Shown: one piece after another, positions 51,410 through 61,106 of the stretch
Position numbering within the stretch: the stretch's first letter is position 1
Layout of the letters: each line of letters begins with the position of its first letter
Virus record (IMG/VR): IMGVR_UViG_3300028886_000051
Reading direction: 5' to 3' (one strand)
Length of the DNA: 64,000 bases
Origin: a virus
Lineage: Duplodnaviria; Caudoviricetes
Notes under the pieces: model-generated
What the model saw: only the letters and a program-made list of their open reading frames with translations
The model's database searches: none
Told to the model about the DNA's origin: nothing
Position numbers and translations under genes: made by a program

Positions 51410-52627
51410 TTATTTTTCAAATAAATCTGCGAACATTTTACTTGTTTCAGATCTAACATCTTCTCCAAGATAAATGCAGCCAAATTTTTCATTACCCTTG
51501 AATTCATTACACATCTTAATAAGAGGGTTATTAACCGTCTTAGTAAGCAATGACTGTTTATAATCACCAGAAAGATAAATGCGACTGTTTTCGCCAAGTC
51601 TAGTGCCAATTAGTCTAATTTGACTTTCTGATAAATCCTCTGCCTCGTCACAAAGAATAATTGTTTGATTATATGTAGTTCCTTTCATAAAAAAAGGGAC
51701 ATTCGTATCTAAAATGCCACTCATTTTTAAACTCTGCAACTCAAATTCTCCACCATTAAGCGATTGAGTTAATGGTTCAAAGAATTTACCAACTTTATCT
51801 TCGATATCACCAGGAAGATAGCCAATTTCTTTTCCCTCACCAGAAACTTCTCTAACACCAAGGATTTTACTTGCTCTACCTTTTTCTTGAACATTATATA
51901 AAGCCATTTGCATAGAAAGGTAAGTTTTTCCACTGCCATATCCACCTAAAATAGCAGCAATAGTAATATCTGGATTATTAAGAATATCTAACGCACATCT
52001 TTGTAATGAATTTTTAGCTTTGATATATCTTGATGATGGTAATTTTAAAGTAACAAATGCAAAACCATCGAATCTCATTTCCTTAAAAGTATTGTCATCT
52101 GTATTTTCGATAATCAGATATTCATTAACGTGCCAATCTGAATAATCAATATTTTGCATATAAAAATTAATTTTATCAGCATTACCACGAATAATTTTAT
52201 ACCCCTTATAAATTTCATTACCATCTTCACATATACTTTCAACATTTAATCCAAAAATCTTACTTGCAATCATTTTACAAGCAATATCATCTGTAACGAA
52301 AACAACATCCTTCATTGCATTTATAAATGCACAGCTACTAATTATTTTAGTATCAGGTGTTATTTCCATATTTTTTTCAAGTATGTAGTTTTCAATTGCG
52401 TTGTCATATACGATAACATCATATTTATCCGAATTATCATCAAGTAGATGCAAAGCTCTTCGTGCCTCATACTTTACTTGATCATCTTTGTTTCGAGATA
52501 CCTTGATATGCTCTAACTCTTGTAATGTTACAGAACTTATAATAAAATTTTCCTCAAATATTTTGTCCTGTAATTTTAAAATAGCATTAGTATCATAAAA
52601 TTTCATTGTACCGATGGTTTCAACCAC
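51410..52627 (-). CDS. phoH: PhoH-family ATPase with N-terminal PIN domain
   Basis: FYDTNA...LQELE...D.KI...TDD (PIN), then GGYGSGKT, GYLPG, DEAE, TRLGE.SR and GD..Q. Confidence 0.9.
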   Translation of the reverse strand: MVETIGTMKFYDTNAILKLQDKIFEENFIISSVTLQELEHIKVSRNKDDQVKYEARRALHLLDDNSDKYDVIVYDNAIENYILEKNMEITPDTKIISSCAFINAMKDVVFVTDDIACKMIASKIFGLNVESICEDGNEIYKGYKIIRGNADKINFYMQNIDYSDWHVNEYLIIENTDDNTFKEMRFDGFAFVTLKLPSSRYIKAKNSLQRCALDILNNPDITIAAILGGYGSGKTYLSMQMALYNVQEKGRASKILGVREVSGEGKEIGYLPGDIEDKVGKFFEPLTQSLNGGEFELQSLKMSGILDTNVPFFMKGTTYNQTIILCDEAEDLSESQIRLIGTRLGENSRIYLSGDYKQSLLTKTVNNPLIKMCNEFKGNEKFGCIYLGEDVRSETSKMFADLFEK

Positions 52628-52648
52628 CTTTCATTTTAAATTTCGTTC

Positions 52649-52819
52649 CTATCCAACGATTTTACTTTTTCTATAATTATTTAAAGCCTTTAAATTCTGA
52701 TAAGACTCAACCAGATAATATTTTGCATGACCACTATAAGTCTTTTTTACATTCTCATTTCCAACAAGTTTCCTCATTGCAAAAGCTTCTGTTTTGTTAA
52801 TTAATAAAATAATTTTCAC
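52649..52819 (-). CDS. Small hypothetical protein, ~55 aa
   Basis: Open frame ILLINKTEAFAMRKLVGNENVKKTYSGHAKYYLVESYQNLKALNNYRKSKIVG* after AAGGATGTG. Confidence 0.55.
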   Translation of the reverse strand: MKIILLINKTEAFAMRKLVGNENVKKTYSGHAKYYLVESYQNLKALNNYRKSKIVG

Positions 52820-52855
52820 ATCCTTAAATTTATTTCCTACAAAGTAGGATAGTAG

Positions 52856-52930
52856 TTGGAAATGTAGGATTTGAACCCACGACCTCCTGAACCCAAATCA
52901 AGCGTTCTAACCAAACTGAACTAATTCCCA
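52856..52930 (-). tRNA. tRNA-Pro(TGG)
   Basis: Acceptor TGGGAAT/ATTTCCA, D arm GTTC/GAAC, anticodon arm CTTGA-TT TGG GT-TCAGG, T-loop TTCAAAT. Confidence 0.88.
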
Positions 52931-52969
52931 AAATAAAAAATCCCATACCGAAGTATGAGATCCTTACTT

Positions 52970-53752
52970 AATATGAGCTGAGATATTTGACTCAATACAC
53001 TAACATCTACTGTAGTTGGACACAGTTTATCACACAAGCGATTAGCTTGTAGTTAGCAACAACACCGATTTTGACATAATCGGCAAACTCTTACCACAAA
53101 GTATTATAGATTTTCTTTCTGCACATTCTTCCTTGCGAGATTCATAGGTTGCAGCCTATTAGAGTTGCACGTACTTGTACTTTCTCACATAACACCTTGC
53201 GAGTGTTACATGTGTCCATATTACAGAACAATAAGTTGTTTTTCTCTCTGTGGTCGTACACACTTTTGCTTTTATATATTAAAAACTTTATTCTTGTTCT
53301 TTAATAATTTGTAATTTGATTTACCAAAAGTCTGTACTTATAAAATAGATGATGAGGTGTACATTTGACCATCCGTACCTTTTGAGTACAGCCCAATCGT
53401 CACCATCCTGTCTTCCTTGCTATCGGAATCCTTTATTACAAAACACCTATCTTTCGATTTAAGATATTTATATAATAATTTAAACAGCACTAATTCTTGC
53501 GGAACTCGTACCATTTAGACATGGATTATCCCCACATTTCTGTGTTAATACAGTACCTATCCCAAGATACCTACCCAACCATATTCGCCAACAGTCGTCC
53601 TTGAATAGAAGGTTAGGTATAAATCCTATGTGTTTTCTGTCAAACTATATTTCTATAGTCGCAGCTTTGTAATACGACAAAGCCACTTTATACATGTTAC
53701 CATGTTTATTTTTGAGATTTAACATCTCCTGATCCGAAACCAACCAGTCCTA
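52970..53752 (-). ncRNA. GOLLD-like giant ncRNA (~780 nt)
   Basis: ORF-free, GC-enriched, with many GCAA/GAAA-capped hairpins. GUACUCAAAAGGUAC, AGCAAAAGUG and 3' AUCUCAGC motifs recalled from GOLLD. Lies between tRNAs, followed by a UUCG terminator (~52962-52935). Confidence 0.7.
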
Positions 53753-53766
53753 CAAAAGTAGGAGAG

Positions 53767-53842
53767 TTGCTGAAGCACAGGAGTCGAACCTGCTATTACA
53801 TGGTTATGAGCCATGTGTGATAATCCGTTTCACTCGCCAGCA
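53767..53842 (-). tRNA. tRNA-Met(CAT), atypical
   Basis: Anticodon arm CATGG-CT CAT AA-CCATG and T arm GCAGG-TTCGACT-CCTGT. The acceptor stem needs a bulge (TGCTGGC vs GCTTCAGCA). Confidence 0.7.
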
Positions 53843-53930
53843 ATAATATATTTGAGAATAATCGGCAACCATACTGCCAGAACGGCAGTACAGCTACCAA
53901 TATAAGAAAAGAGTTAAGATGTATCTTTTT

Positions 53931-54390
53931 TGATACTTGTAAAAAAAGCTGAAATAATTTATAACTTTAACCAATTTGTGGAATTTAGATAAAATATAAT
54001 TCTTATACTTTAATGTAATAATATTATATTTATCTATCATTCATTATCATCTGAAATTTTATAATTTCATTTATTCATATTTTTAAACCAATTTTTTGAA
54101 AGAATCTTCTTTACTAAATTAATTTTACAAAGCGTGTCACAAATTGTTGTTTTTTACAAATTTTCAATATATCATATTAACAAATTAACGAGTAACAAAT
54201 CTGAATACGAATAATATCTAACAATTACCTATTATGTATGTAGTATTTAATCCATCATTATATTTACTTACTTGTTAATAATTAATAATTTAATATTATA
54301 TGGCTAATATCCAGCCTTGCAGCGTTATAGTTCATCTGCATCTGAACCGATTAACAATTATGAATCAATTCAGCTCTTTTACAAATACCA
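53931..54390 (-). ncRNA. Unnamed ~460-nt RNA closed by a long terminal stem, directly downstream of the 204-aa gene
   Basis: 54390-54369 UGGUAUUUGUAAAAGAGCUGAA pairs with 53953-53931 UUCAGC(U-run)ACAAGUAUCA, and pairing continues inward imperfectly for ~20 more bp. No ORF on the sense strand. Confidence 0.6.
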
Positions 54391-54420
54391 AATATGTAGA
54401 AGTAGAAGAAGTGAAGTGGG

Positions 54421-55035
54421 CTAAGCCACCACACATTCCTCGAAACTATCATTTATATCCCAATTTGGATCAAAATCCAGTTCTGTATTAATTAAAATTG
54501 AATCTAACTTTGTAGAAACTTCATCAGTTTCCTTTAATAACTTTTTATAAAGTCCTCGAACATCATTTCTATCAAAGTCAATCTTAGTTACTTCATTAAT
54601 CTTATAGTAATAACTTATCTGATTTCCATCAGTATTAAATTTATAGTCAGAAGCATTTTTAACCTTTTCACCAGATTTTATATTTGATAATGACTGTAAG
54701 ACTCTTGCAAATCCCTGTTTCTTTTTATTAAGGGCAATGGCAACATCAATATCAATTTCTGTTCTCATTTTTGCATCTGATATGATATTTGATAATTTTT
54801 CTTTTTCATTAATAACTTTAACAACAAAATCAATCAGATCATTTGGTGTAAAATCAACATCATATGGTTTCTGAACTTCAATTACTTCATCTTTTGCATC
54901 AGGATTAACCTGAGATTTTAAATGAGTTTCAACAGTCGAAACTACGAAATTCTTATTATTTAAATAACTATAAGCTGTTCCTAATAACTCATCTAAAAAA
55001 TTCTGATAACGAAATGCTTCCTTTAAATTCATCAT
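54421..55035 (-). CDS. Uncharacterised helical protein (loosely DIP1984-like), 204 aa
   Basis: MNLKEAFRYQN N-terminus and ..D.VS..LD...INT.L.F C-terminus. RBS AAAGGAG. Confidence 0.7.
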   Translation of the reverse strand: MMNLKEAFRYQNFLDELLGTAYSYLNNKNFVVSTVETHLKSQVNPDAKDEVIEVQKPYDVDFTPNDLIDFVVKVINEKEKLSNIISDAKMRTEIDIDVAIALNKKKQGFARVLQSLSNIKSGEKVKNASDYKFNTDGNQISYYYKINEVTKIDFDRNDVRGLYKKLLKETDEVSTKLDSILINTELDFDPNWDINDSFEECVVA

Positions 55036-55355
55036 AATAAAATTCTCCTTTTAATCTATCTATATTTTATATTTTTATTACAATTGATTATTCTCTGTTT
55101 TGTTTTGCAAAAAGATGATTTTATTGTTTTATATTCGGGACAGATAATGATACGTCTGCCCCTAGTATACATTTTAAACTTGCAAGCCCTTACTTATTAC
55201 ACGCATATGGCAAAGAGCGTGGGAGTTTACTAACGCAACTCTGCGCTTTCTTCCCTCCATATTACACCCATTAAGCCAAACACTGAAAGCCTTGATTTTA
55301 TTGACTTTTTGGTACATTTGCACAATTTAATTACACCAAAATTGTGCAAAAATAC

Positions 55356-58160
55356 TTATTTGAAATTCAATAAGAACTTATCTTTGTTCATTTTATATAA
55401 TAAATTTAATACTTTTCTTGTATATTTAGAAGGATTTAGAGATATTTTTTTTGAATTTCCGACACCAGTATCAAGAGAAAGTGCAACCTCAATTAATCTG
55501 TTAATGGTAACAATATTTCCAATTTTTATTTTTTTCAATTGTTCAACGACTTCTTTAGATTTTTCTACTAATAAATCAGAACAAGTTTCAGAATCATCAT
55601 AATATTTTAATTTTGTATTTTTTACATAATTGTCATATTCAACAATAATCGACATAATTTTTGTCATCTGTCTATCATGACCTCGACCATGTATTTTTAT
55701 AAAGAAATCAGAAACAGGAATAGTGTTAGAAGTAGAAGCATTTTGAATCTTATTTATCCAATCTTCAAGCCAGTTCATAGGACACAATAAGTCTCGATTG
55801 ATACGACTTTTAAGTTTGTTCTTTGATTCATCAATTTCCTCTTGTGGAAGTTCTTTACCATCTTTTGTATATTTAATTTCTCTTGTATATTTCATGAACT
55901 CAGGAAAATCATATTTCTTATACTTTGGTTTGCCTAAATCCGTATATCCAACAATTCTTTTAATACTCATACAAGGAAGTTTACTAATTCTATCAATCTC
56001 TTTGTTGCCATCAATTTCATATTCTCTTTTACACCCATCAATGATAACTTGTGCAAGAACGGACAGAATAATAAAATTATCATAAAGTTCTTTAAGTTTA
56101 TCTTCGTCTGGATTCTCTTTTTGTAATTCAGTCCAATAGTATGTCATTGCCAACTGAGCCAAATTACTTGAATACCCAATTCCCATGCGTGACTTTGAAA
56201 ATTTATTATCCATTGCAGCATAGTCCTTTTTTGTATTATTGTAGGTAATACCAGATTCTTGTAATGCATTCACAATAGTATAGAACTCTTTATAGCATCT
56301 TTCAGCACACTTAACCATTGTCGATTGATTTGTAACTAAGAAGAAATCGGAGTCAAAATCACAACCGTTTGCACGATCTTGTATATCTGTATGTATACAA
56401 TTAACCGCCATGATATTATTGCTAAATACAAAATATTTGTCCATTTCTTCTGAATAGACATTATGTAAATAGCATATATTGTTTGGAGAATTATGTGGAT
56501 TTCTAAACGCTGCAAGATATTCATTATTGTCAAAACGTTTAGTATAACATTGGATACAATTAGACTCTTGAGAAAGTGTCGAATCTTTTTCAAAATCCTC
56601 ACCAACAGAGTAGAGTAGAAGTGCATAAGGATTACCACATACGGTCAAGTTATCACCATTGACCATAATTTTTCCTTTACGCATTCTAAAGACATATTGC
56701 TTAATTATTTCTTTTTTTTCATATCGAAAGAATTTACTGTTGGCAAACTCATGATTCTGAGCATATAAATCAGCAAGCATTTCATAATGATTTACTTCAT
56801 TTGCATATTTTCTGAGAAATTTTTCAAACGCATCATTATCACGTTTAAGTAATTCAACATAATCAATGCTAATATGAGCAATATCTTTAACATCATCCTT
56901 TGTACATGGAAGAGTATTGACCATCTGATAGCTCAACTGCTGATATTGTCCCAACTTACTTGGATGATCCGTTTTAACAATGCCCCATACATCACCATCT
57001 GCATGAATTCTTTTACACCAATATTCATATGCTTCAGTAATATTACTGCCCATTAAATCTTGAAATTTTTTCCATTTAATCGCATTATCAGTAGTTATCA
57101 TCTTAATATCTTTCAAATAATGCCATTCACCAAACATATCTTGAACTTGGTATGTATTATAATCATATCCATTTTTTTTACACCAATCTTTGAAAAACTT
57201 TTGAAGATAGCTTTTAAAAGCACATGCCTTGAATAGATGATTTCTGAGCAAAGCCATCCCATTAATATATGATGGAAGAGAAAGATAATTAGGATCTGCT
57301 TCGATTAAAGCCATCCCGTCCCAAATTGTATTTTTTACCTGACGTTTTTCTTCGGTTACAACACATTTTTTTCGTTTTTCAATCACTTTTTCATTTTTAT
57401 TGGTTTCTTTATTTTTCTTTTTAACTTCAACTTCGTATTCTTCTGCCTTAACAACTTTTGTCATTGTTTCAAAAAAAGAATCCTGATCTTTGAGAATTAG
57501 AATATTCTCAACGGGTATATGAAGTGTACCAATAATGGTAGAAGTGGTAAGTGGTGCGTAAGCTGACATTTCAACGATTTTCGCATTATCATGGCTCATT
57601 TTATTCCCCAGTCCAATTGTCAACCAATCATATGCAATGTCATATAATTTACTATTTATGAAAATAACTTGTCCAAGTTTAGCTTTAGCACTTGTACGAA
57701 AAAGCATCTCATAATGAATTGTTTCTTCTTTAATTGTTCCGTCTTTGCGTTTACGCTTATATGTAACGTCAACACCATTTTCATAAAAATACTCTCGAAT
57801 TTCGTCTCGTGATTTTTCGTCATATAAGTCTTTTCTGTCTTCAACTTTTTGTAATGCCTGTTTAATACGTTCTTTGGAATCACCGTCAGTATTATTAAAT
57901 AACTTTTCCAATCGAACATGTTCATTATTGTATGATCTACTTCCAAATTCATAATCAAGACAAATTATATCTCGTGTGCTTTCATTTTTTTTACCAGATT
58001 TTCCTTTATAAATATTTAATCCATTTTTTTGCAAGAAAAAACTAAATAAGCTATTATTAAACATTGCATCAGTATATGTAAAATAATCTCTTGTACCAAG
58101 ATTTACGTCATATAACATTCCAGCACTAATGTTTTTTATTTTAATTCCATATTCACTCAT
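55356..58160 (-). CDS. YonO-like single-subunit phage RNA polymerase
   Basis: 934 aa with DGMALI, FRNPH and the catalytic NGCDFDSD (DxDxD) motif of double-psi beta-barrel polymerases. SPbeta-like context. Confidence 0.85.
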   Translation of the reverse strand: MSEYGIKIKNISAGMLYDVNLGTRDYFTYTDAMFNNSLFSFFLQKNGLNIYKGKSGKKNESTRDIICLDYEFGSRSYNNEHVRLEKLFNNTDGDSKERIKQALQKVEDRKDLYDEKSRDEIREYFYENGVDVTYKRKRKDGTIKEETIHYEMLFRTSAKAKLGQVIFINSKLYDIAYDWLTIGLGNKMSHDNAKIVEMSAYAPLTTSTIIGTLHIPVENILILKDQDSFFETMTKVVKAEEYEVEVKKKNKETNKNEKVIEKRKKCVVTEEKRQVKNTIWDGMALIEADPNYLSLPSYINGMALLRNHLFKACAFKSYLQKFFKDWCKKNGYDYNTYQVQDMFGEWHYLKDIKMITTDNAIKWKKFQDLMGSNITEAYEYWCKRIHADGDVWGIVKTDHPSKLGQYQQLSYQMVNTLPCTKDDVKDIAHISIDYVELLKRDNDAFEKFLRKYANEVNHYEMLADLYAQNHEFANSKFFRYEKKEIIKQYVFRMRKGKIMVNGDNLTVCGNPYALLLYSVGEDFEKDSTLSQESNCIQCYTKRFDNNEYLAAFRNPHNSPNNICYLHNVYSEEMDKYFVFSNNIMAVNCIHTDIQDRANGCDFDSDFFLVTNQSTMVKCAERCYKEFYTIVNALQESGITYNNTKKDYAAMDNKFSKSRMGIGYSSNLAQLAMTYYWTELQKENPDEDKLKELYDNFIILSVLAQVIIDGCKREYEIDGNKEIDRISKLPCMSIKRIVGYTDLGKPKYKKYDFPEFMKYTREIKYTKDGKELPQEEIDESKNKLKSRINRDLLCPMNWLEDWINKIQNASTSNTIPVSDFFIKIHGRGHDRQMTKIMSIIVEYDNYVKNTKLKYYDDSETCSDLLVEKSKEVVEQLKKIKIGNIVTINRLIEVALSLDTGVGNSKKISLNPSKYTRKVLNLLYKMNKDKFLLNFK

Positions 58161-58182
58161 TCAGTATATCATCACCACCTTA

Positions 58183-58395
58183 TTATAAGTTCTCCCAAAA
58201 TTCATCTTCTGAATCATATCCACCATAGTTTAAACTTTCTGCAAATTCATGGGACGATTTTGTTGATGCTTTGTAGTAACATTGTTCTAATTCGGAGCAT
58301 TCTTCACATTTAAAATTATCATCCATTTCACATTCCGAAAACTCATTTGTAATCAATTCTTTCATTTCTTCAATATTGTCAAAATTATTATTCAT
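58183..58395 (-). CDS. Small acidic Cys-containing protein
   Basis: 70 aa with RBS GAGGAGGT. Confidence 0.6.
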   Translation of the reverse strand: MNNNFDNIEEMKELITNEFSECEMDDNFKCEECSELEQCYYKASTKSSHEFAESLNYGGYDSEDEFWENL

Positions 58396-58449
58396 ATAAA
58401 TTTACCTCCTCTTATATATTTACTTTGAACTTCCTATTTACTCATCTAA

Positions 58450-58683
58450 TTACCATTCTAAATTGTCCTCATTCATCTCTTTTATTTCAATTTCTAAAAA
58501 ATCTGCCAAATCATACATTCCACATATACAATCCCAATGTGCAAAATCGCCTTGAGAATTTTCTACATATCTTTCTCCACCATATATTCCTTCATTGCAA
58601 ACAGAGCAATAATAATTTGATTTTGGTACAATATAGTTTGGACACCTCAATAAACATGGTGTCATTTTACATATTTCACACAT
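58450..58683 (-). CDS. Small Zn-finger protein
   Basis: MCEIC..PC..RCPN...CSVC...HWDC. Confidence 0.65.
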   Translation of the reverse strand: MCEICKMTPCLLRCPNYIVPKSNYYCSVCNEGIYGGERYVENSQGDFAHWDCICGMYDLADFLEIEIKEMNEDNLEW

Positions 58684-58693
58684 AATCCCCTAA

Positions 58694-59023
58694 TTACCCT
58701 TCGATTTTCTCAGTGAAATAATAATTATTTCCATATTCGAAACACTTTTGTTCATACTCGTATCTGTTTATATAATATGTAAAGAAATTATCTTCATATA
58801 ATTTTTCAATAATTTTTAATAAATCGGATTTAATGTGCTTATAGTCAGAAGCAATTTCTATATTCTCCTGTTTTTCTATTACACTGAGCATACCAATGTC
58901 ATTTCTTTTTAAATAAAGTGTATAAACAACTTTTTCTTTATTCACGCAAGCCTCGGCAAAAACTGTATAATCCTTTGTTATATCTACAGATATTATTATA
59001 TTAGCTATATTTCTATATCTCAT
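58694..59023 (-). CDS. Hypothetical protein
   Basis: Start placed at MRYRN after GAAAGGA. Confidence 0.6.
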   Translation of the reverse strand: MRYRNIANIIISVDITKDYTVFAEACVNKEKVVYTLYLKRNDIGMLSVIEKQENIEIASDYKHIKSDLLKIIEKLYEDNFFTYYINRYEYEQKCFEYGNNYYFTEKIEG

Positions 59024-59037
59024 GTTAAAATCCTTTC

Positions 59038-59613
59038 TTATCTCTCCAACCAAACTTCCCAATATCCATCACAATATTTTGTTCTTAAATCATTGTAATG
59101 AAATTTAAGTAAATCCATAATCTGATAAATGAAATATATGTAATCAATTTGTCCAGCTCTAATATTGGACAGAACATCATTAATAAAAGAACAATAATCC
59201 TGATAATTAGTAGCACCATGATATGTACCCATTGTTTCTTCATTCCAATAACCAGTTTCTTCTGAAAAAGAATTTTTTTGTCCAAATCTCTTTATACTCT
59301 TATCAACTGGTTTTACAAAAAGTTTTCTGATATTAAATTCTTTCTGCCATTTTTCATCTGTAAGAGTAGAAGAAGGTCTACCATTAGTATTACTCACGAG
59401 GTTCATTTCTCTAAGTTCTTCAAGTGTATATCTTTGATATTTTTTCATTTCGTTTTTCTGTCTCTCCTTTTTGATAATTGTTTTTTCGAAGTTATCTGCT
59501 TCGATATATGTATTTATTCTCTTTTTATTTGGTGAAAAAGTTGAAAAATCATTAATGTCAATTTCACCTGCGAATCTGTTATGTTTTGTCCTTGTAATTG
59601 TTGTGTCTTTCAT
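59038..59613 (-). CDS. Hypothetical protein
   Basis: 191-aa ORF; may be two fused parts because of an internal GGAG...ATG at MKKYQ. Confidence 0.55.
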   Translation of the reverse strand: MKDTTITRTKHNRFAGEIDINDFSTFSPNKKRINTYIEADNFEKTIIKKERQKNEMKKYQRYTLEELREMNLVSNTNGRPSSTLTDEKWQKEFNIRKLFVKPVDKSIKRFGQKNSFSEETGYWNEETMGTYHGATNYQDYCSFINDVLSNIRAGQIDYIYFIYQIMDLLKFHYNDLRTKYCDGYWEVWLER

Positions 59614-59705
59614 ATTTCTTATTTGTATCTCCTTTAATTATTATTTTATTTTTCATTGCATTGCTCCTTTGAGTGCTGCGTCAATGGTGACATATGTTTA
59701 TTCTC

Positions 59706-60005
59706 TTATTCAGTTGTAATTTTTCGTATGTTTTCTGAATGACTCGGATTTTCCCAACAATTTGTCCAGCTACAATTTTTGCATAAATTACATTGAAGTC
59801 GTTTTGTTGGTTGTATCCATATCTCTTCATTGTAGCGATTGTATAAATTGCCGCCCAAAGAAGTAACTTTGCAGTTTTTATATATATCAAATAATTCTTC
59901 ATCTAATACGCCTATAAATCTTCCATTAACAATACAAGAACATATTAAAACTGTATATTTTGGAATAATTTCTTTTAATGATTTTAATAGCATGGTTAAT
60001 TTCAC
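59706..60005 (-). CDS. Hypothetical protein
   Basis: 99 aa, GTG start overlapping the upstream stop. Confidence 0.45.
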   Translation of the reverse strand: MKLTMLLKSLKEIIPKYTVLICSCIVNGRFIGVLDEELFDIYKNCKVTSLGGNLYNRYNEEIWIQPTKRLQCNLCKNCSWTNCWENPSHSENIRKITTE

Positions 60006-60808
60006 TTCCTTTCTTTAGTTAGGTATTTTATTTCACCAGGTACATCCTCTTTGTTATATATTCTCTTTCCATAAATTCTTTCTAATTCGATTAAAACAGA
60101 ATCACCTTCCAATTCTCTTGGGTTAAGAGCATATACATTTCTTGTAGGAACATAGATACCTTCTTCTTTTTTATTCTCTACAAACATATCTCTTCTTATA
60201 TAAATTAATTCATGGAATTCTAGTGCGGATAATCCACTTTCAACAGTAGGAATAGAAGTATCTAATCCTTTTGCTATTTGTGACTTTGATGGAAACGAAA
60301 TTTTAGCAGGTACAATATCTCCTTGATAGTCCATGATGTATTGCTTTATAAAAATATAAATACCTAGTAGAATAGATTTGTTGATTTTAGATGAGATAGA
60401 ACAAATTTTTTCATATTCAGAAATAGTAATCTGTACAAAACTGTCCTCTGTAAAAAAAACATTACGTTCATAAGATAATTGAAGATAAAATAAATCATTT
60501 GGTTTAACTACAAAAATGTCTGTATTGCAGCTTGCATAACCTTTATTTATAAGTTCTGTTTTAATAATTTCTCGAAAATCAGAGTATATGGATTTATTAT
60601 TTGTTTTCGTTGAATAACCAACTTCTTGTAGCAAATCGTTGAGTGTGAGAGCAATTTGCCCAAATGTTTGTACATGTTTCCTTAGATATAATATGACGAG
60701 ATAATATTTCAAACCTGAAATACCTTTATGATTTTTGATTTCCTTTTTTGAAAATCCGACAGAAGTTATTTTTTTATCTTTCTCAGATAGATAAATATAG
60801 TTGTCGAT
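60002..60808 (-). CDS. Putative replication initiator / winged-helix DNA-binding protein
   Basis: C-terminal SFPSKSQIAKGLDTSIPTVESGLSALE..ELI...NVY winged-helix pattern. Directly downstream of iteron-like repeats. RBS AAAGGAG points to ATC at 60808. Confidence 0.6.
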   Translation of the reverse strand: MDNYIYLSEKDKKITSVGFSKKEIKNHKGISGLKYYLVILYLRKHVQTFGQIALTLNDLLQEVGYSTKTNNKSIYSDFREIIKTELINKGYASCNTDIFVVKPNDLFYLQLSYERNVFFTEDSFVQITISEYEKICSISSKINKSILLGIYIFIKQYIMDYQGDIVPAKISFPSKSQIAKGLDTSIPTVESGLSALEFHELIYIRRDMFVENKKEEGIYVPTRNVYALNPRELEGDSVLIELERIYGKRIYNKEDVPGEIKYLTKERK

Positions 60809-60830
60809 TTCAATCACTCCTTTCATTAAA

Positions 60831-60932
60831 AATTTTGTGTGAAAATTTTCCCAAAGATTTAATACCACCTATTAATTTTGTGTGAAAATTTTCCCAAAGG
60901 GGTACTTAATTCTGTGTGAAAATTTTCCCAAA
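60831..60932. repeat. Three ~26-bp direct repeats (iteron-like)
   Basis: AATT(T/C)TGTGTGAAAATTTTCCCAAA at 60831, 60874 and 60908, followed by three AT-rich TATAAAA(AA)G(C/T)ATAA repeats to ~61000. Confidence 0.85.
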
Positions 60933-61106
60933 AAGTAGGTATATAGTATAAAAGCATAAAGAGTTATATAAAAAAGCATAAATATATAAAAAAGTATAAT
61001 AACTTCGTAAATGGTCTAACGCCCATTTACTCCGTTAAAAATTAATTGATGATTAATGATTGAATGCTTTTATCTGTCTCTCTATATATGATTATTCTCT
61101 CTTCAT

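Noticed and set aside
44747-52999. Shared 13-mer TTGACTCAATACA in the ROOL-like and GOLLD-like regions
   Set aside because: A single short match in AT-rich DNA is compatible with chance.
60831-60932. CRISPR array
   Set aside because: Only three repeats, with 17- and 8-nt gaps and no cas genes; the layout fits iterons.
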